A DNA stretch of 64,000 nucleotides from Chara braunii (taxonomy: Eukaryota; Plantae; Charophyceae): NCBI GenBank assembly GCA_003427395.1, contig BFEA01000034.1, positions 1,712,323 through 1,776,322 on the forward strand, read 5' to 3'. Positions 23,096 through 36,417 of this stretch are shown one piece after another (the first letter of the stretch is position 1; the number at the start of each line of letters is the position of its first letter). The notes below the pieces were generated by a model. The model was not told the DNA's origin. It worked only from the letters and a program-made list of their open reading frames with translations, and made no database searches. The position numbers and the translations under genes are program-made.

Positions 23096-26000
23096 TTTTT
23101 TTTTGTTTTTTTTTTTTAGAACATTAGAAACTTTGTATTGATCAACCAAAGGAGCTGGGGCCGGGAAACCACACAATATCTCGAGAAACGTTAAGCCTTA
23201 GCTCAACGTAAATCCTGGAAACCGGGTCCAGGGTCCCATTTGGTGACAAAAATCTCCAAAATAAAAAAAACAAAGTTGAACCCAGACACTAAACAGAAAG
23301 ACCGCACTACCCTTCTCCATCCTTTGTTAAGAAGGACTCTACGGGGGGGGAGCTAAAACGCTCCTCATGTCCTAATGAGGACAACAACCACAGACAAAAT
23401 TGAAGTATACCTCTAGAGTTAAGTTTAACCAAGGAGGAGTTTCTTCCCCACCTGTCCTATAACCGTTTCCTAGACTTAAGAGTGTCGGGGACCTTTCTCC
23501 TCATGCAGTCGCTAGTTATAACAAATCTGATCTGTTGGGCTATCATAGCTTTTATTTAGACATTCAAAGTTTTTGTACATTGAAACACCTGGTTATTACG
23601 ATTATCCCAAATGACTTTCATCAAAACAACTTTTAAGTTGTGTGCACCGTACAATCAATCTAATTTCATTTTACTCTCAGACCTATGAACACCAGACAAA
23701 ATTCATTCATCAGTCCATTGAAAAACGTCCTTTGTAAGTTTTCTCCGGTGTTTGATTCATCAATCCCAAACTCTTTTAGAGGTCGGGCAGGAGAGTCACA
23801 AATGTCAATTGTTCTCTCACGGTCATTAACATCTTGAACATGCAGTAGAAATCTTCATACTTTTGTTTGCCAGGCTAAGGGTCGAGGCTGGAGCAAGGTA
23901 TGTTTGCAGCCATACTATACTTGCAAGCTTCTGAAATGACAAAGCCATATATTGCTTCCAGAGGCCTGAAAAAAAAATTATCGGTTAGATTCAACATCCT
24001 TGCATTCATTCTCCTTGAAGCCACAAACACTTTTGGTCTCTTCTAAACCGATGAACGCAGGATGATCACTCCAACTTTAGCTTTGTAGGCATCAATAAAA
24101 ACTCTCTTCCGAGTTGAATCAACGTACCATCCAATCAAATTTCGGAAAAATGTTGTAGCCCCATTGGGAGATGGACACACCACTTTGCTCCCCTGACACC
24201 CAACTTTTTTTCAAATATAGGTTGACTGAGATTTCCTGCAGGCCTATCACATTCGAGGGACATACGGATATTGACGACGACGGAAACTCTTTTGAAAAAT
24301 CAACAGTTTATGCAATTTCCCATTCTCTAGCTACCCGGCCATCCTTCCCGAAGTCATCTGTAATCTGCAAGATCCAGTGGATTCTAAGAGAAGGACGATA
24401 GAACCAACGACCTATAGGCGGGATGTAAGAGTTACTCAACAACAAGATCCACGTAAGAGGAATAACCTGTTGGATTTCAGACAATCTAGACTGAACATTC
24501 CTTAGTCTATAAAGTTGCAGCTTCAGTTCCTTTAGGGGTTTTCAGTCCTCTTTACCCAAATCCCATATATCCCTTACCCGTACCACTCCCTTTTCTACCC
24601 AGGATTTTTCAAAACAGCCCGTGGACTCCTGCGCTGAGAATTCTCTTCCACTACCGTCTTTTATGAGAGGATTTCCAAAGATAATATGATTTAGGACTGC
24701 ATCTTTATGTTCAAGGAGGTCCCTCTAAGAGGGGAAGAGCTTTCTCAAAGCCACCAATATACTTTCGCAGAATTTGGACTTTGATTGCTTATTCATAGAT
24801 GACTTAATTAACAAGCAGGCCAACACGTTTTCATATCTGCTTAGGGTCCATTCCCCTCTCAGTATATATATAGCGAGTCTGAGCCACGAGGTATCACGCT
24901 CATCCACCATTGCCTTAATAGGTCATTTTGTTAGCAGGGTCATATTCTGCTGATGCGGGTCCAAAATTCCCAGACCTTCTTCTTGTGTGGGAAAGGAGAT
25001 GGTTCCCTGGTAATTTTGGAGATGAAGCCTCCTTGAGGGTTACCTTCTGGCTTCCAGATTACCCTCGCTGCAACTTTTTTGATGTGTCCGCAGACTTGTT
25101 CCCCCAACAAGTGTATGGCCAAGGTGAACCATAACACTGGAAAAGTCGCCGAGAATATCACCAAAGCTCTTTCGATTATGGAAAGGTGGTGTAAGCTTCT
25201 CCAGGAAAGCATTCTTCTTACGACTTTTTCTTCCAATAGCGAATCCTGAAAAACAAAGTTATCATACAAGGATACTTGCACTCCGAAAAGTCGGTCAGAT
25301 GTATCTGTTGGAACCTTTGTCAAACCCCAATTGACTTACGAAGTATGTGATTCAGGTAAGAAATAAACAAACTTGGTCCAGTTAATCGAAGTCTCTGAAA
25401 TGTCACAATATACATTTAAAATTTTTATTACTTCACTTAAATTAGCCCGGTTATTTAGACAAGTCGAGGTTAGATCCTTTGCCAACGCTCCACCTTTCCT
25501 CTGCAATTGATTTCTTAGTGAGAGTCCCTTCACCGAGGTATTAAATCTCACATTATCGAATAAAATTTCCATATATAAAACAAACAGCAGCGGAGTCAAA
25601 GGACACCCCTTGCGGAGGGACCGAGTGAGGGAGAAGGTACGAGAAATACGCCCATTCACCATTTTCGATGTTGTGGTACAAAAATACATTACAGTCACCC
25701 ATCTGCGGTAATTAGGGTCAAAATTCATATGCTTTAGTATAGTAGATACAAAGGTCTGACCCACCCTGTTTTTAGCTTTCTCCATCCCCAGTGAGAGAAT
25801 AACCGCATTTTGATATTCCTTAGCAATAATCTCCAGAGTTTGTATAATACATAAAATATTGTTCAATATAGACCGATGCTTCACAAAAGCCCCTTGATCC
25901 TTCTCGATTAGGTTTGAGAGGTGTCTGGCTAAACATATAGCAAGTACTTTAGCGAACAATTTATAGGAGACATTCCAAACTGAAATCAGTCTTCAATTTC

Positions 26001-26355
26001 GGACTTCTTTGCAACTCTATATTTCCATGATACATTATCGACACGCACACCATTTAAAGTCTTTGATTCTGATATCCAAGATTCCTCTGACTTCTTGAGA
26101 TTCTTTAAAACATATCTTCAAACAGGAGGAAAACTAGATCTGCAACGCCCAGTCACTATCGACGAACTTCACGTGGCAACGAAGCAGATGGCCAAGGGCA
26201 AATGTTCAGGAGGTGATGGTTTGCCTATTGAACTGATCTAGTTGTCTGGGACTAGATTAATCCCTATTTACTAAGCATATATAATGGAGTGTTTTCAAGA
26301 GGTTCGTTGACTAAAGAAATGATGAAAGGGATTATGATGCTTATGTATAAAAAAG
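23096..26355 (-). mobile_element. Decayed LINE, copy 2 of the same family, with poly(A) tail and 5' inversion
   Basis: Poly-T at 23096-23118. 23446-26010 is colinear with 19565-22113. 26011-26355 is the reverse complement of ~22125-22480. Confidence 0.85.
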
Positions 26356-26482
26356 TCTCACAACCGTGTTGTTCCATCTTGCACGATCGTGCCGGTCTGA
26401 AATACAGTTTCGCCGCTTGAAAAATTTACCGATGTTTGAACTCCATCTTTACAAAATGACTATTGTCGGTCAAACGCTTCTG

Positions 26483-26595
<113 letters not shown>

Positions 26596-26722
26596 GAAAT
26601 ACAAAGGCTAAACGCATGCTGTAGTCTAAAATTGCGACTACGCCCACCACATATTTTTCTCGGAAAAACATTCAGCCTTTGAAATTCAGGTTTTTTTTTT
26701 TTTTGTAATTCCCTGTACACTT

Positions 26723-29439
26723 CTAGAGTATATATCTATTGAACAAAAAACTGTCCTCTCTCTCTTTTGCATGCTTCTTCAAGCCCCACTGTGGTTTACA
26801 AAAACGAGGAATAATGTGAACGGTCTCGATGATGGTGTCAATCGTTATGACGGTACTGTGCTGATGACTGTTTACCTTCTCCCATTGCAACTTCTTACAA
26901 CCTCTTGTGTGTTCCCTTTCGCTGTCCACCTCTTTGTACCATTGCACAAATCAACACATGTGCATCTCCGCAACACCCCTGTGCAAGTGTTCATGACGAA
27001 AAACATGGTTACTGATGCATACCGTATGTTGTCATTCCCACCTCTCACTGCAACATCGCTATGCACAACTCTCCTGTGGAACAATGGTGAAGCTCTTGCG
27101 GTGCGTCCCGTCGTATGTGCAGGCGATAGTCAAGTGTGTTCGAGTGTGTATCACTTGGTCATCAGATGGAGGTTGATAGCCGTTCTCTGTCATGAACGTC
27201 GTGAGTGCAGCTCCAAAATTATCTCTGCAGGGAAGCTCATTAAGTATTCTCAACGCCGCGTCGCTTATACCCTCCACCTCCGGCAAATGCACACCGTTCA
27301 TCTGGAACCACCGGAGTTGTAGAGTTGTTGTGTCGCGCGTTGCGAGGGCATTAATTCCGGTGGCCATGCAGTCTGTTACGGATTACCAATTTTCTGTCGA
27401 CCTCTTTTTTCGTTTTCTCACAATCTTCATCTCATCCTGCAAAGCCAATGAGCGTCGGACAAGATTCACCATCTGGGAAGCAGCCTTGCGCTTGTTCGAT
27501 GCCAGATATGGTTGTTTGCAGAACCTCCGATGATGATGCTCCCACACATCAGCTGCAAAGGTGTCAGAGACACCGGATCGCTCTATGTATGTTCTCAGAT
27601 GCACAAGGTCGTGCAACTTCGGAATTTTCCAATCCGAGGTTTGATATTTTCTCATCTTCGTTTTTATACTCGTTATGAAATCACCTATCAATGCGTCACA
27701 TACATCGAGAGAAGCCGCAGTGTGGGTCAACTTACGAAACACATGTATGTACATTTCCATGAGTTTGATGAAACAAGTGGAAATGGATTTGTCTGTCGCA
27801 CGCAGGAAGGTATCACAAATAATAAACACGCAAACTGTCATAACAGATCGATTTTGCTTCGCTTCAGATCGCCCTTCTCTTGAAAAGAAATCACAACCTG
27901 TGGTCATGGGCAACACGAGCTGCAGGTATGTCCTCACACATCTCTCACTGATGCTCTGCAACCTTGCATCCATCTCGTGCAATATCTCGCTTTGCGCGAT
28001 ATCCGGCAACTTCTTATAAGTTGTTGCCTTGAATGCATCTATCATATGCAAGAAAATGTCGTGTTCAATGGTGTACATACGGCCGGTTGCAAAACGAGAT
28101 GGTAATCTAGTTGAGGATCGTCACCATGCGGACCCCTGTAGAATCCCCAAAGGCCGTTCTCTTGAACACGCTTATGCATGTTCAATTCTGACATTCGTGC
28201 CTCTGCGGCACGACGAATATCGTTGTCCCCATTGCTGAAGCAGTTCGCAGCAAGTTGTGTCTCTACCGTCTGCAATCTCCTGCAGTTGGTGAAATCGGCG
28301 ATGACATCGAAATTGTCTTTGGACACTGTGCATGTTGGACAAACACCGAATTTCACATATGCAAGGGCACAACTTTCATGATAGTCCTGTATATAGTTCA
28401 TGACGAAATGGTGGACTGTTATCTCGCCGAACCACTCCGTTATAACTATCATGCCGTCATGGGATACCTCCTTTACGGATTACAATACTATTGACAACGC
28501 TTTATGCAATATCACAGCTTTCCGTTTTCTAAACGCGGTGGAGTGCAGACCCCAGTCCTTGTCACGTGGCCGGTGTTGAAGCACAGGAAGATACGTAAGG
28601 AGTGTGGCGTCCGATGCGCGATCAGCTATTGACATCATCAAAGGATACGTTGTCTGCTTTTGACGACCGTCTACATGAGTCTTGTCTAAATACAGAGACA
28701 GAGGGATGACATAACGTGTTTTACCATTCGTGTTCACACCCTTGTCCGCTCTGATAATAGTTTGGACATGGTGACTCAACTGGCTCGTGCGAGAGCCACA
28801 TATATTGATCCCCTCCCCGGGAGGTTGTATTTCGAGGCAAGAAACCGTTTCAACGTTGTGCAGTGCAGCACATACGAGGTCAGCGAACGTTATGCGCCAG
28901 TTGCGGTACCACAAAATGGCGTGCGCTTCCTCTGGCCAATCATCACTACGTAGATTGTTCTCTTGCCACCCTGCAGCCTTTGCCTGGCGGCTTGCCCATG
29001 TCATACACTCACGACTGTTACGAAATGCGATATTTCTTGGGTCGAATCTAGGATTCTTGAGGAGTGACAACAAACAGTCAACGTCAGTTTGGGACATGCC
29101 CACACCGCCCCTACATGAAAAAATCAATGCCACAAGTTTGCGAGAGTTGTCGAATGCCTCTGTGTGTTGTTCTTGTTGTTCTTCGGATCTGCAGTCTGCC
29201 TCTACATCGGGAGGGGCCTCAACCTCCTCGCTTTCCCCACTGGCCAGATTAATGGGACCACTATTTGACGGTCCACCGATAACCTCCCCAACTATCTCTT
29301 GTGTCGTGCTCCTCTCTTCCACAGCGGACGGACATGCCCGCGCTCGGTGTGAGTTCATCGTCCGTAATGACATGAAAGGCCGCCCACAGTCACACACGTG
29401 ACTCACACCATCCATTACAACTACGTGCGAGAAATACAA
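26723..29439 (-). pseudogene. Plavaka-type (CACTA/Mirage-related) transposase, disrupted
   Basis: N-terminal C2H2-like finger CDCGRPF...HRARAC; IPLSLYLDKTH...YPLMMSI; YIQDYHE...CPTC; WKIPKLHDLVH...IERSG...WEHHH..FCKQPYLASNKR; C-terminal IDTIIETVHIIPRF...FLFNRY. Confidence 0.85.
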
Positions 29440-29714
29440 AGTGATGTCACTTAAGACCTATCGCAGATGGAGGATGCGCGTTCGGTTTGAAATTCATGAG
29501 TTCCTTTCACACTACCCCCACCCCCGTCCCCCCTCTCCCTCCCGTCGACTCAACACCGCTGCTACGCACTGCTGACAGATTCCAAGACAACGACAACATT
29601 CCAAGCGGTATTAAAATCAAGAATTGTGGTGAATTTTTTTCCTTTTTTTTTTTTTTTTTCTTCGAGGCATGCCACATTTTCTTTCTAAGTGTCACATCCT
29701 CGTTTCCTGAGCGC

Positions 29715-29755
<41 letters not shown>

Positions 29756-29814
29756 GCACACACACACACACACATACACACATGGCAGGCGCACACACAC
29801 ACACACACGCACAC

Positions 29815-29867
<53 letters not shown>

Positions 29868-30195
29868 ATTTATAAAAGAAAAACATTTATAAAAGTGCGG
29901 ATTTTTTGAAACATTTATAAAATAATAAGTGCAGATTTGTTGGAACATTTATAAAAGAAAAACATTTTTCTGCTCTCATTGAAAGGAACACTAATAAAAG
30001 ATATGTAACAACACACGCGCACAGACACTGTATACTTTGAGCAATAACAAACTTGAACAAGCATTCCACATCATCAACATGAAAGCCAAAAAGTCATGAC
30101 CTCCAACCAAAAGCAGAATTGCAACTCGAATCACCCCTTGGGGCCCCCACATTTATGCCTGGGGTTGAAGGGGCTCATTGCAGGTTGTAGCCTCG

Positions 30196-30233
<38 letters not shown>

Positions 30234-30343
30234 ATGTACACCGTTGTCGAGCACTCGAACACCTAAAATATTGCACATACTCCGTAAATGCGTTGTGCAG
30301 AATTAATCATGATATGCATAGCCTGTCCATCGAACAATTGCAT

Positions 30344-32116
30344 TCAACGCAGTCCACTACCAATGTTTGTATCACCGCTCTCCACCATGGTCTCTGGTGT
30401 GCAGTCAAACCATGTGTGAGCACGAAGTATTTCCTCTCCTGTTGATACTGCCGGGTGCAATGTAGCATCAGAACCGCTGGCTACAGCCCCGTGCAGGAGG
30501 CAACTAAGGTCCAGGCCCCACGTAAGTGATGTTGCGAGGACAGCCTCTCTGTTGACCAAGACAAACCATGACTTCCCCATACGTGACCATCTTTTTTCGT
30601 TCGAGCATGATCTCATAATGATCGTCAATGCTGCATACTGGATTGCGCCCTCAGGTGTTGCCTCCTTCAGCACGACACGCAATAGTAAATGGGGATTAGA
30701 GAATACACGTGCCAACCTAAGAATCGCATGTGCCCACCTTTTTGACGCTTGTCCTCCCCCTACTACCATATCCCAGTAGGCATCATATTCCTCACCCTCC
30801 TCGTCGCTGCTCACATCGNTGTCACTCACTTCCACCTCATAGTTAGGGGCCCTCGCATCTTTTTCATTGTTCCTCACTCTTGTTTCTTCAATGTCATATC
30901 CGAAATCGATCGGTAAAGAAAAGTCTTCGAACCCTTATTCCCGTTGTTGTTCTTTAATTGTCCACTCATTGAACATATCTTCTTCTTCTACCTCCTCCGT
31001 GGACATTGTGTTTATTAGAGAACGCACGATGGAGACTGTTCTCACAATTTTTTCCCCTGCTGAAGTGTGTCCATCTGTTGCATGAAGTGCAACATCTGCT
31101 TCCCTGGCCACCAACTTTCATCCTTCTTTCCTTGACCTCTTTCTGTCCACCTCAGAAGTCGCAATGCTGAGGCGATACAAAGTTGCCATTAATATTTCAT
31201 CCCACAATGGAGTACCACATGCGACATCCTCGTCCACACGCCGCACCCTATAGTTAATGAGGTCATTGCCCGCCAATGCTTGCTCTGTCACATCATGCAA
31301 TGCCTGATGTATGACATTCTGATCACCAGGTTTCTTTTTCATGAAATCCGCCAGTTGGTCGAGTAAAACATACTCCACCCCGTTTGCAATAATTACTGGA
31401 AGATCTTGGAAGTCTTGCGGGGGAGCTTGCGGTATGTCCTTCAAACGTGAGAGTACTAAAATTTATGTTGCACCGCTCTTCATCTCGTCCTTAGAATCTT
31501 CAACAAGCATTCCCCATTTCTTCGCCTGTGTCATCCGCATCTGCTTGAAATCGGTTGGCATGTATGTTCCACCCTTCTGCCGCTTTGTCATATCCACGTC
31601 CCCTTCATCGGGCATCCCTTCTGTGCACATCCAACCAACCACTTTTCTCAAAACTGTATGCACTGGTATCAGCATTGTTGTCTACACGCAAATCATGCGC
31701 CTCAGTGAACCGTGCCAATAGCATCCGTGCTCTGAGCGACTCCTCTCCGTTCGCAGCGATGCTTGCACGAATGTTCACTCTGACATCGAAGTAACTCGGC
31801 ACTCTCTCCGTGAGTAGTCGAAGTTCCCCGTCGTCATCGTAGTGGATGCCCTCCTCCGCGTATTGCATCACATCTTGAAGAGTTGCCCTCGCCTGCGCCG
31901 CTGACATCGACATGATGGTTGTGCTTTTGTCTATGTGTCTGTAAGTGGAACGACAAAACGATGATTTCAAGCTCCGTGAGGGTTTGTTTAATGTTGTTTG
32001 TGTTTCCCTCAGCTGGAAGTATGCGGTCGTTCGACGCTGCCAGTCAGTACACGGACGTCATACGAGGGTTGGCTATTGGGTGCCATTTTTTCTTCGAATC
32101 AATGAGATCGAAATGA
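30344..32116 (-). pseudogene. Uncharacterised disrupted cargo gene
   Basis: Chain of same-strand, globular-looking ORFs (31970-31605, 31675-31463, 31444-31118, 30877-30344). No recognisable family. Confidence 0.45.
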
Positions 32117-32429
32117 ATCCAGCACGCAGTAGTCAACTCCTCCGACCCTGCTCTCACTCTCCGCCCAAACCACTTTCCATTTGTGTCTGACAGTGGCAGG
32201 GGGTGTGTCGCGGTCCAATGACATGTTTCCCCCAACCACCCCGCCCCCCCGCCCCCCAACCCCGAATCTAGAAACACGCTCACCCAACCAAAGACAAAGC
32301 CACCATGACACCCCCAGCTTCCCAAACGTGTGAAGCATTGTACGTATCACAGGACCAGGAACCATTCATTCATAAAGCCATGGACGGCAGAGTACAACTT
32401 ACCTAAGACGGAATAGTCCTCCGCCAAGA

Positions 32430-32468
<39 letters not shown>

Positions 32469-32812
32469 TGTGTGTGTGTGTGTATANNNNNNNNNNNNNN
32501 NNNNNNNNNNNNNNNNNNNNNNNNNNNNNNNNNNNNNNNNNNNNNNNNNNNNNNNNNNNNNNNNNNNNNNNNNNNNNNNNNNNNNNNNNNNNNNNNNNNN
32601 NNNNNNNNNNNNNNNNNNNNNNNNNNNNNNNNNNNNNNNNNNNNNNNNNNNNNNNNNNNNNNNNNNNNNNNNNNNNNNNNNNNNNNNNNNNNNNNNNNNN
32701 NNNNNNNNNNNNNNNNNNNNNNNNNNNNNNNNNNNNNNNNNNNNNNNNNNNNNNNNNNNNNNNNNNNNNNNNNNNNNNNNNNNNNNNNNNTGTGTGTGTG
32801 TGGGTGTCTGTA

Positions 32813-32858
<46 letters not shown>

Positions 32859-35718
32859 TGTCTGTATTTGTGTATGTGTCTGTGTGTGTCTGTCTGTGTG
32901 TGTGTATGTCTGTGTGGCTTCTCCACATCAGCGCCCTGAGTTCAAGCGCTCAATACCACAGCACAAACTCATGTCCGTGTGTCTGTGTATCTATATGTCC
33001 GTGTGTCTGTGTCTGTGCGTGTGTATGTCCGTGTGTGTGAGTATGTATGTGTATGTGTCCGTGTCAGTGTATGTCTGTGTGTCTGTGTCTGTCTGTGTCT
33101 CTATATGTGTATGTCCGTGTGTTCGTCTGTGTGTGTGTGACATGTATGTGTGTCTGTGTATGTCCATGTGTCTGTGTATGTATGTGTGTATGTGTGTATG
33201 TGTGTATGTAAGTGTGTCTGTGTATGTCCGTGTGCCTGTGTATGTCGGTGTGCCTGTGTATGTCTGTGTGCCTGTGTATGTAAGTGTGTTTGTGTATGTC
33301 TGTGTGCCTGTGTATGTCCGTGTGTCACAGAAAGTCACGGAATGTCACAAACACGGAAAGTATGATAGTCACTTCCCGTCACCACCGCAGACATCATGAG
33401 TGTGTTTCAGTTGGGAGTATGCATGTTGTAGGGAGAAGAAAACAAACATGGGGATCGCAGGACATGGGATATAGGAGCAAGAAAGTGAGGGCAGGCTTGA
33501 GTTTCAAGGTACGCAGGCAATGATACCTTCCTCGACGAAAACAACGGCGTACACTGTAGACTGAATGCTTGGGAAGATGCAGATTTTGGTTCGACAATTC
33601 TGCTTCGGTGGTTCAACCGTGCGGCGCACAAGACAACACAAACAGACAGAGAATTAGTGAACAATGTGTCACACACACTCACACAAACTCTACGATACAC
33701 ACAGACTCTCGGTCATTGATGTGTTATGAACATGATTGTCCGCTGCAATTTCGCCAGCCCTTACTCACATAGACTCTCGTACACGCCCATACATGCAGAG
33801 AAGGAAGGGGAGAGGAAGTAGAGTGCCACAACGCGGAGAAAAGAAAACGCAGTGGAAGACTTACAGAAGCAAAGTGACAGAATACACAGTACAGTGAATT
33901 CTCTCTACATATGCATTGAGCCTTCCCCGCTGCACTTACGATAGAGTGGACATGTCACCTTGCATTGTCACACATGTCGCAGTCTGACATTAAGCAGAAT
34001 GACGTCACCTCCATCAGACTGCAGAAAAGGAGTAGATGTCGTTGACCACAAAACAAAATCAATCATTATAACCAGTATCCAATAAGAGAGTCAAGAGTTC
34101 CTGGATTCAACGCTCAACAAAGTATCACGTCCCCTTCGTTACCAGAAGTTATCTGCCCGGCGTTGTCTGCGCTCATCATCAACAACACGAATTGCGAAGT
34201 CCAGGTAAGAACAAATCATCTCCACATATTCTCTCTGTTGTGTACCTCACAATGGCAGAAGTCTTCACACCATGAGCCGCAAGTGTGTTCACAGCATGCA
34301 TCGTCAACAACCAGAATGAGCACAAGTCCTCACTGTTATGAACTTGGTTGCCTGACGAATTTTATCGCCAGTCACACACAGACAATCTCACACATGCCCA
34401 TACATGCATAAGAGAAGAGGAGAGAGGAGACAGAGTCCACACTGCACACAAGTGAAAATAAGCAGCGGAAGACAGACATGCACAGGTGGGGAAAGAACAC
34501 GCAGTGTTTCTTACTCTCTGACACAACTCCCAACAACCAATCACAAGAAAGAACCTGCGAAGATCATAATTGGAAAGGTCACTGATGATGAGTCACTCAT
34601 ACAATTATCGTAACAGAGTTTATTCCAGTATCTCGCCACACTCAGAACTCACACCCCACTCTCTATCCTACACCCAGTTAGTAGCACTGCATCAGAACAG
34701 CCTCCCAGAGGCCAGCGCCAACCACCCTGATGAAGAACAGGTCCTGCGATGATGTCTTCAGTGCCGATGGACAACTCTGACGAAGGAACAGGCAGCTATG
34801 GCTGCCACCACCTACGAACCACCACTGTAGAGCCTCGGTCCAGCCCGACCATACGCAGATACCCCCAGGGGTAGATGCGCTGAGGATGCCTCAGCTATGG
34901 CAGACTCAGATGTGGCCGGCTATGGCTGTTGTCACGGTGCGTCTCAGGATGCCGCCTGCAGACCAACACCGCCACCAACTTGCTTGGCTTCTCCAACACT
35001 GTGTAGCGAGAAATGAACTGCCAAAAGTCCTGAACCGGTAGGCCTATCCTATCTATAGACTCTCTAGACCTAGACCGGACTGACTGACCGACCGGTACCG
35101 TGCTGTTTCGGTCTCTCGGCATCTACCGGACCCGGCTATAGGCTATAGGACCGTCTAGCAGCATAGGCCACTTAGGGTCTGTCAGTCCTAGGGGTAGCCC
35201 GGGCCTGCTATAGGGTAGCTGTAGGAATTCGGTTAGTACCGGGCCTGTATTTTCCCTGATTTACAGATCTGTCCCTCACGAATTTCTTTACAGGCAGGTC
35301 TCTCGGTTAGACCTCAACCAAATAAAATTACGAATCTAACTCTACGGGTTAGTGTACAGCCTCGCAGTCAATCATCTCATGCAGCACACATTTGCACAGC
35401 TCATGCAGCACACAGTTGCACAGCACACACCACACAGCAGCTCATGCAGCATACAACACACAGCACACAGCAGGATAGCCAGACCGTTGTTGGCCCCATA
35501 CTCGTGCAGCACACGTCGTGCGCCGGCGACAGTACACAGCACACAACACACTACAGTACACAGCACAGCACACTATAGTACAGCCTCTGTGCGCCGACGC
35601 AGGCTGCAGAAAACAGCAAGTCAATGCAAGTGCATACAGTCAACACCGCACCTACACACTCATACACATTATATTTGTGTGTGTGCGAACTGGTCTCAGT
35701 GCAGTCTTCACTGTGTTC

Positions 35719-36417
35719 TTATTTCATGTTTTTCTTTGCTGCATTGCCTTTGCACGGCGCTCCTTTCCTCTTCGACGACCCCACTGGAGTGTCACCGCCT
35801 TTGCGTGATGCTGCTGTCTTCTCAGACACCCCCTTCCCTGCCTGCGTTTCTCTCTCGACCTGCCTTGCAGCATTCATCTGCCGTAGCTTTTCCGCTCTCT
35901 TCTGCTCGTCGATAATGCCTTCATATTTGTATACGCAGTGAGCCTTGGCCAAGTTATCAACCAGCCTCAGGTCCTTCAGTTGGATCGTCACCCTCTTGCA
36001 GTGGATAGCAATGATGTTTGTTCTCTCGAAATGGTTTATGAGATATGCTTCGACCGCTTCCAGCAACGCACGTATGGCGTTCATATGAAACCTGATAGAT
36101 TGCCCTGGTGCGATTTCTTTCTCGACGACCTCGCGCACCACCCTCATGAACGGCCTCAAAGCGATGCACAAGTGAGTAGATCGTTGGAGTTGCCGAATTT
36201 CTGCCAATGCTGCCATCCCTGCGCGGCGCCTGCGCTTTGGAACTGGGGCAGCGGTTACTTTTGCTTTTGTGGAACTCCCGAGTCCACGAGGCGGCCTAGA
36301 TGTGCACTGCTTCTTCTTCTTCTCTGCCCTCCCTGTCACGTGCTCCACAGGGGTGTCACCATCGTCGGGTTCTGCATTAGAACATCCCCCATCATTTGCT
36401 GTTTCCGGGCCGTCGAC
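35719..36417 (-). CDS. Divergent histone H3-fold (CENH3-like) protein with ~75-aa basic C-terminal extension
   Basis: PKRRRRAGMAALAEIRQLQRSTHLCIALRPFMRVVREV...IRF..NAIRALLEAVEAYLINHFERTNIIAIHCKRVTIQLKDLRLV aligns along the whole H3 fold (36240-35947). The frame is open back to 36417 with no ATG upstream of the fold, so it is probably the last exon or domain of a larger gene. Confidence 0.9.
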   Translation of the reverse strand, partial: VDGPETANDGGCSNAEPDDGDTPVEHVTGRAEKKKKQCTSRPPRGLGSSTKAKVTAAPVPKRRRRAGMAALAEIRQLQRSTHLCIALRPFMRVVREVVEKEIAPGQSIRFHMNAIRALLEAVEAYLINHFERTNIIAIHCKRVTIQLKDLRLVDNLAKAHCVYKYEGIIDEQKRAEKLRQMNAARQVERETQAGKGVSEKTAASRKGGDTPVGSSKRKGAPCKGNAAKKNMK

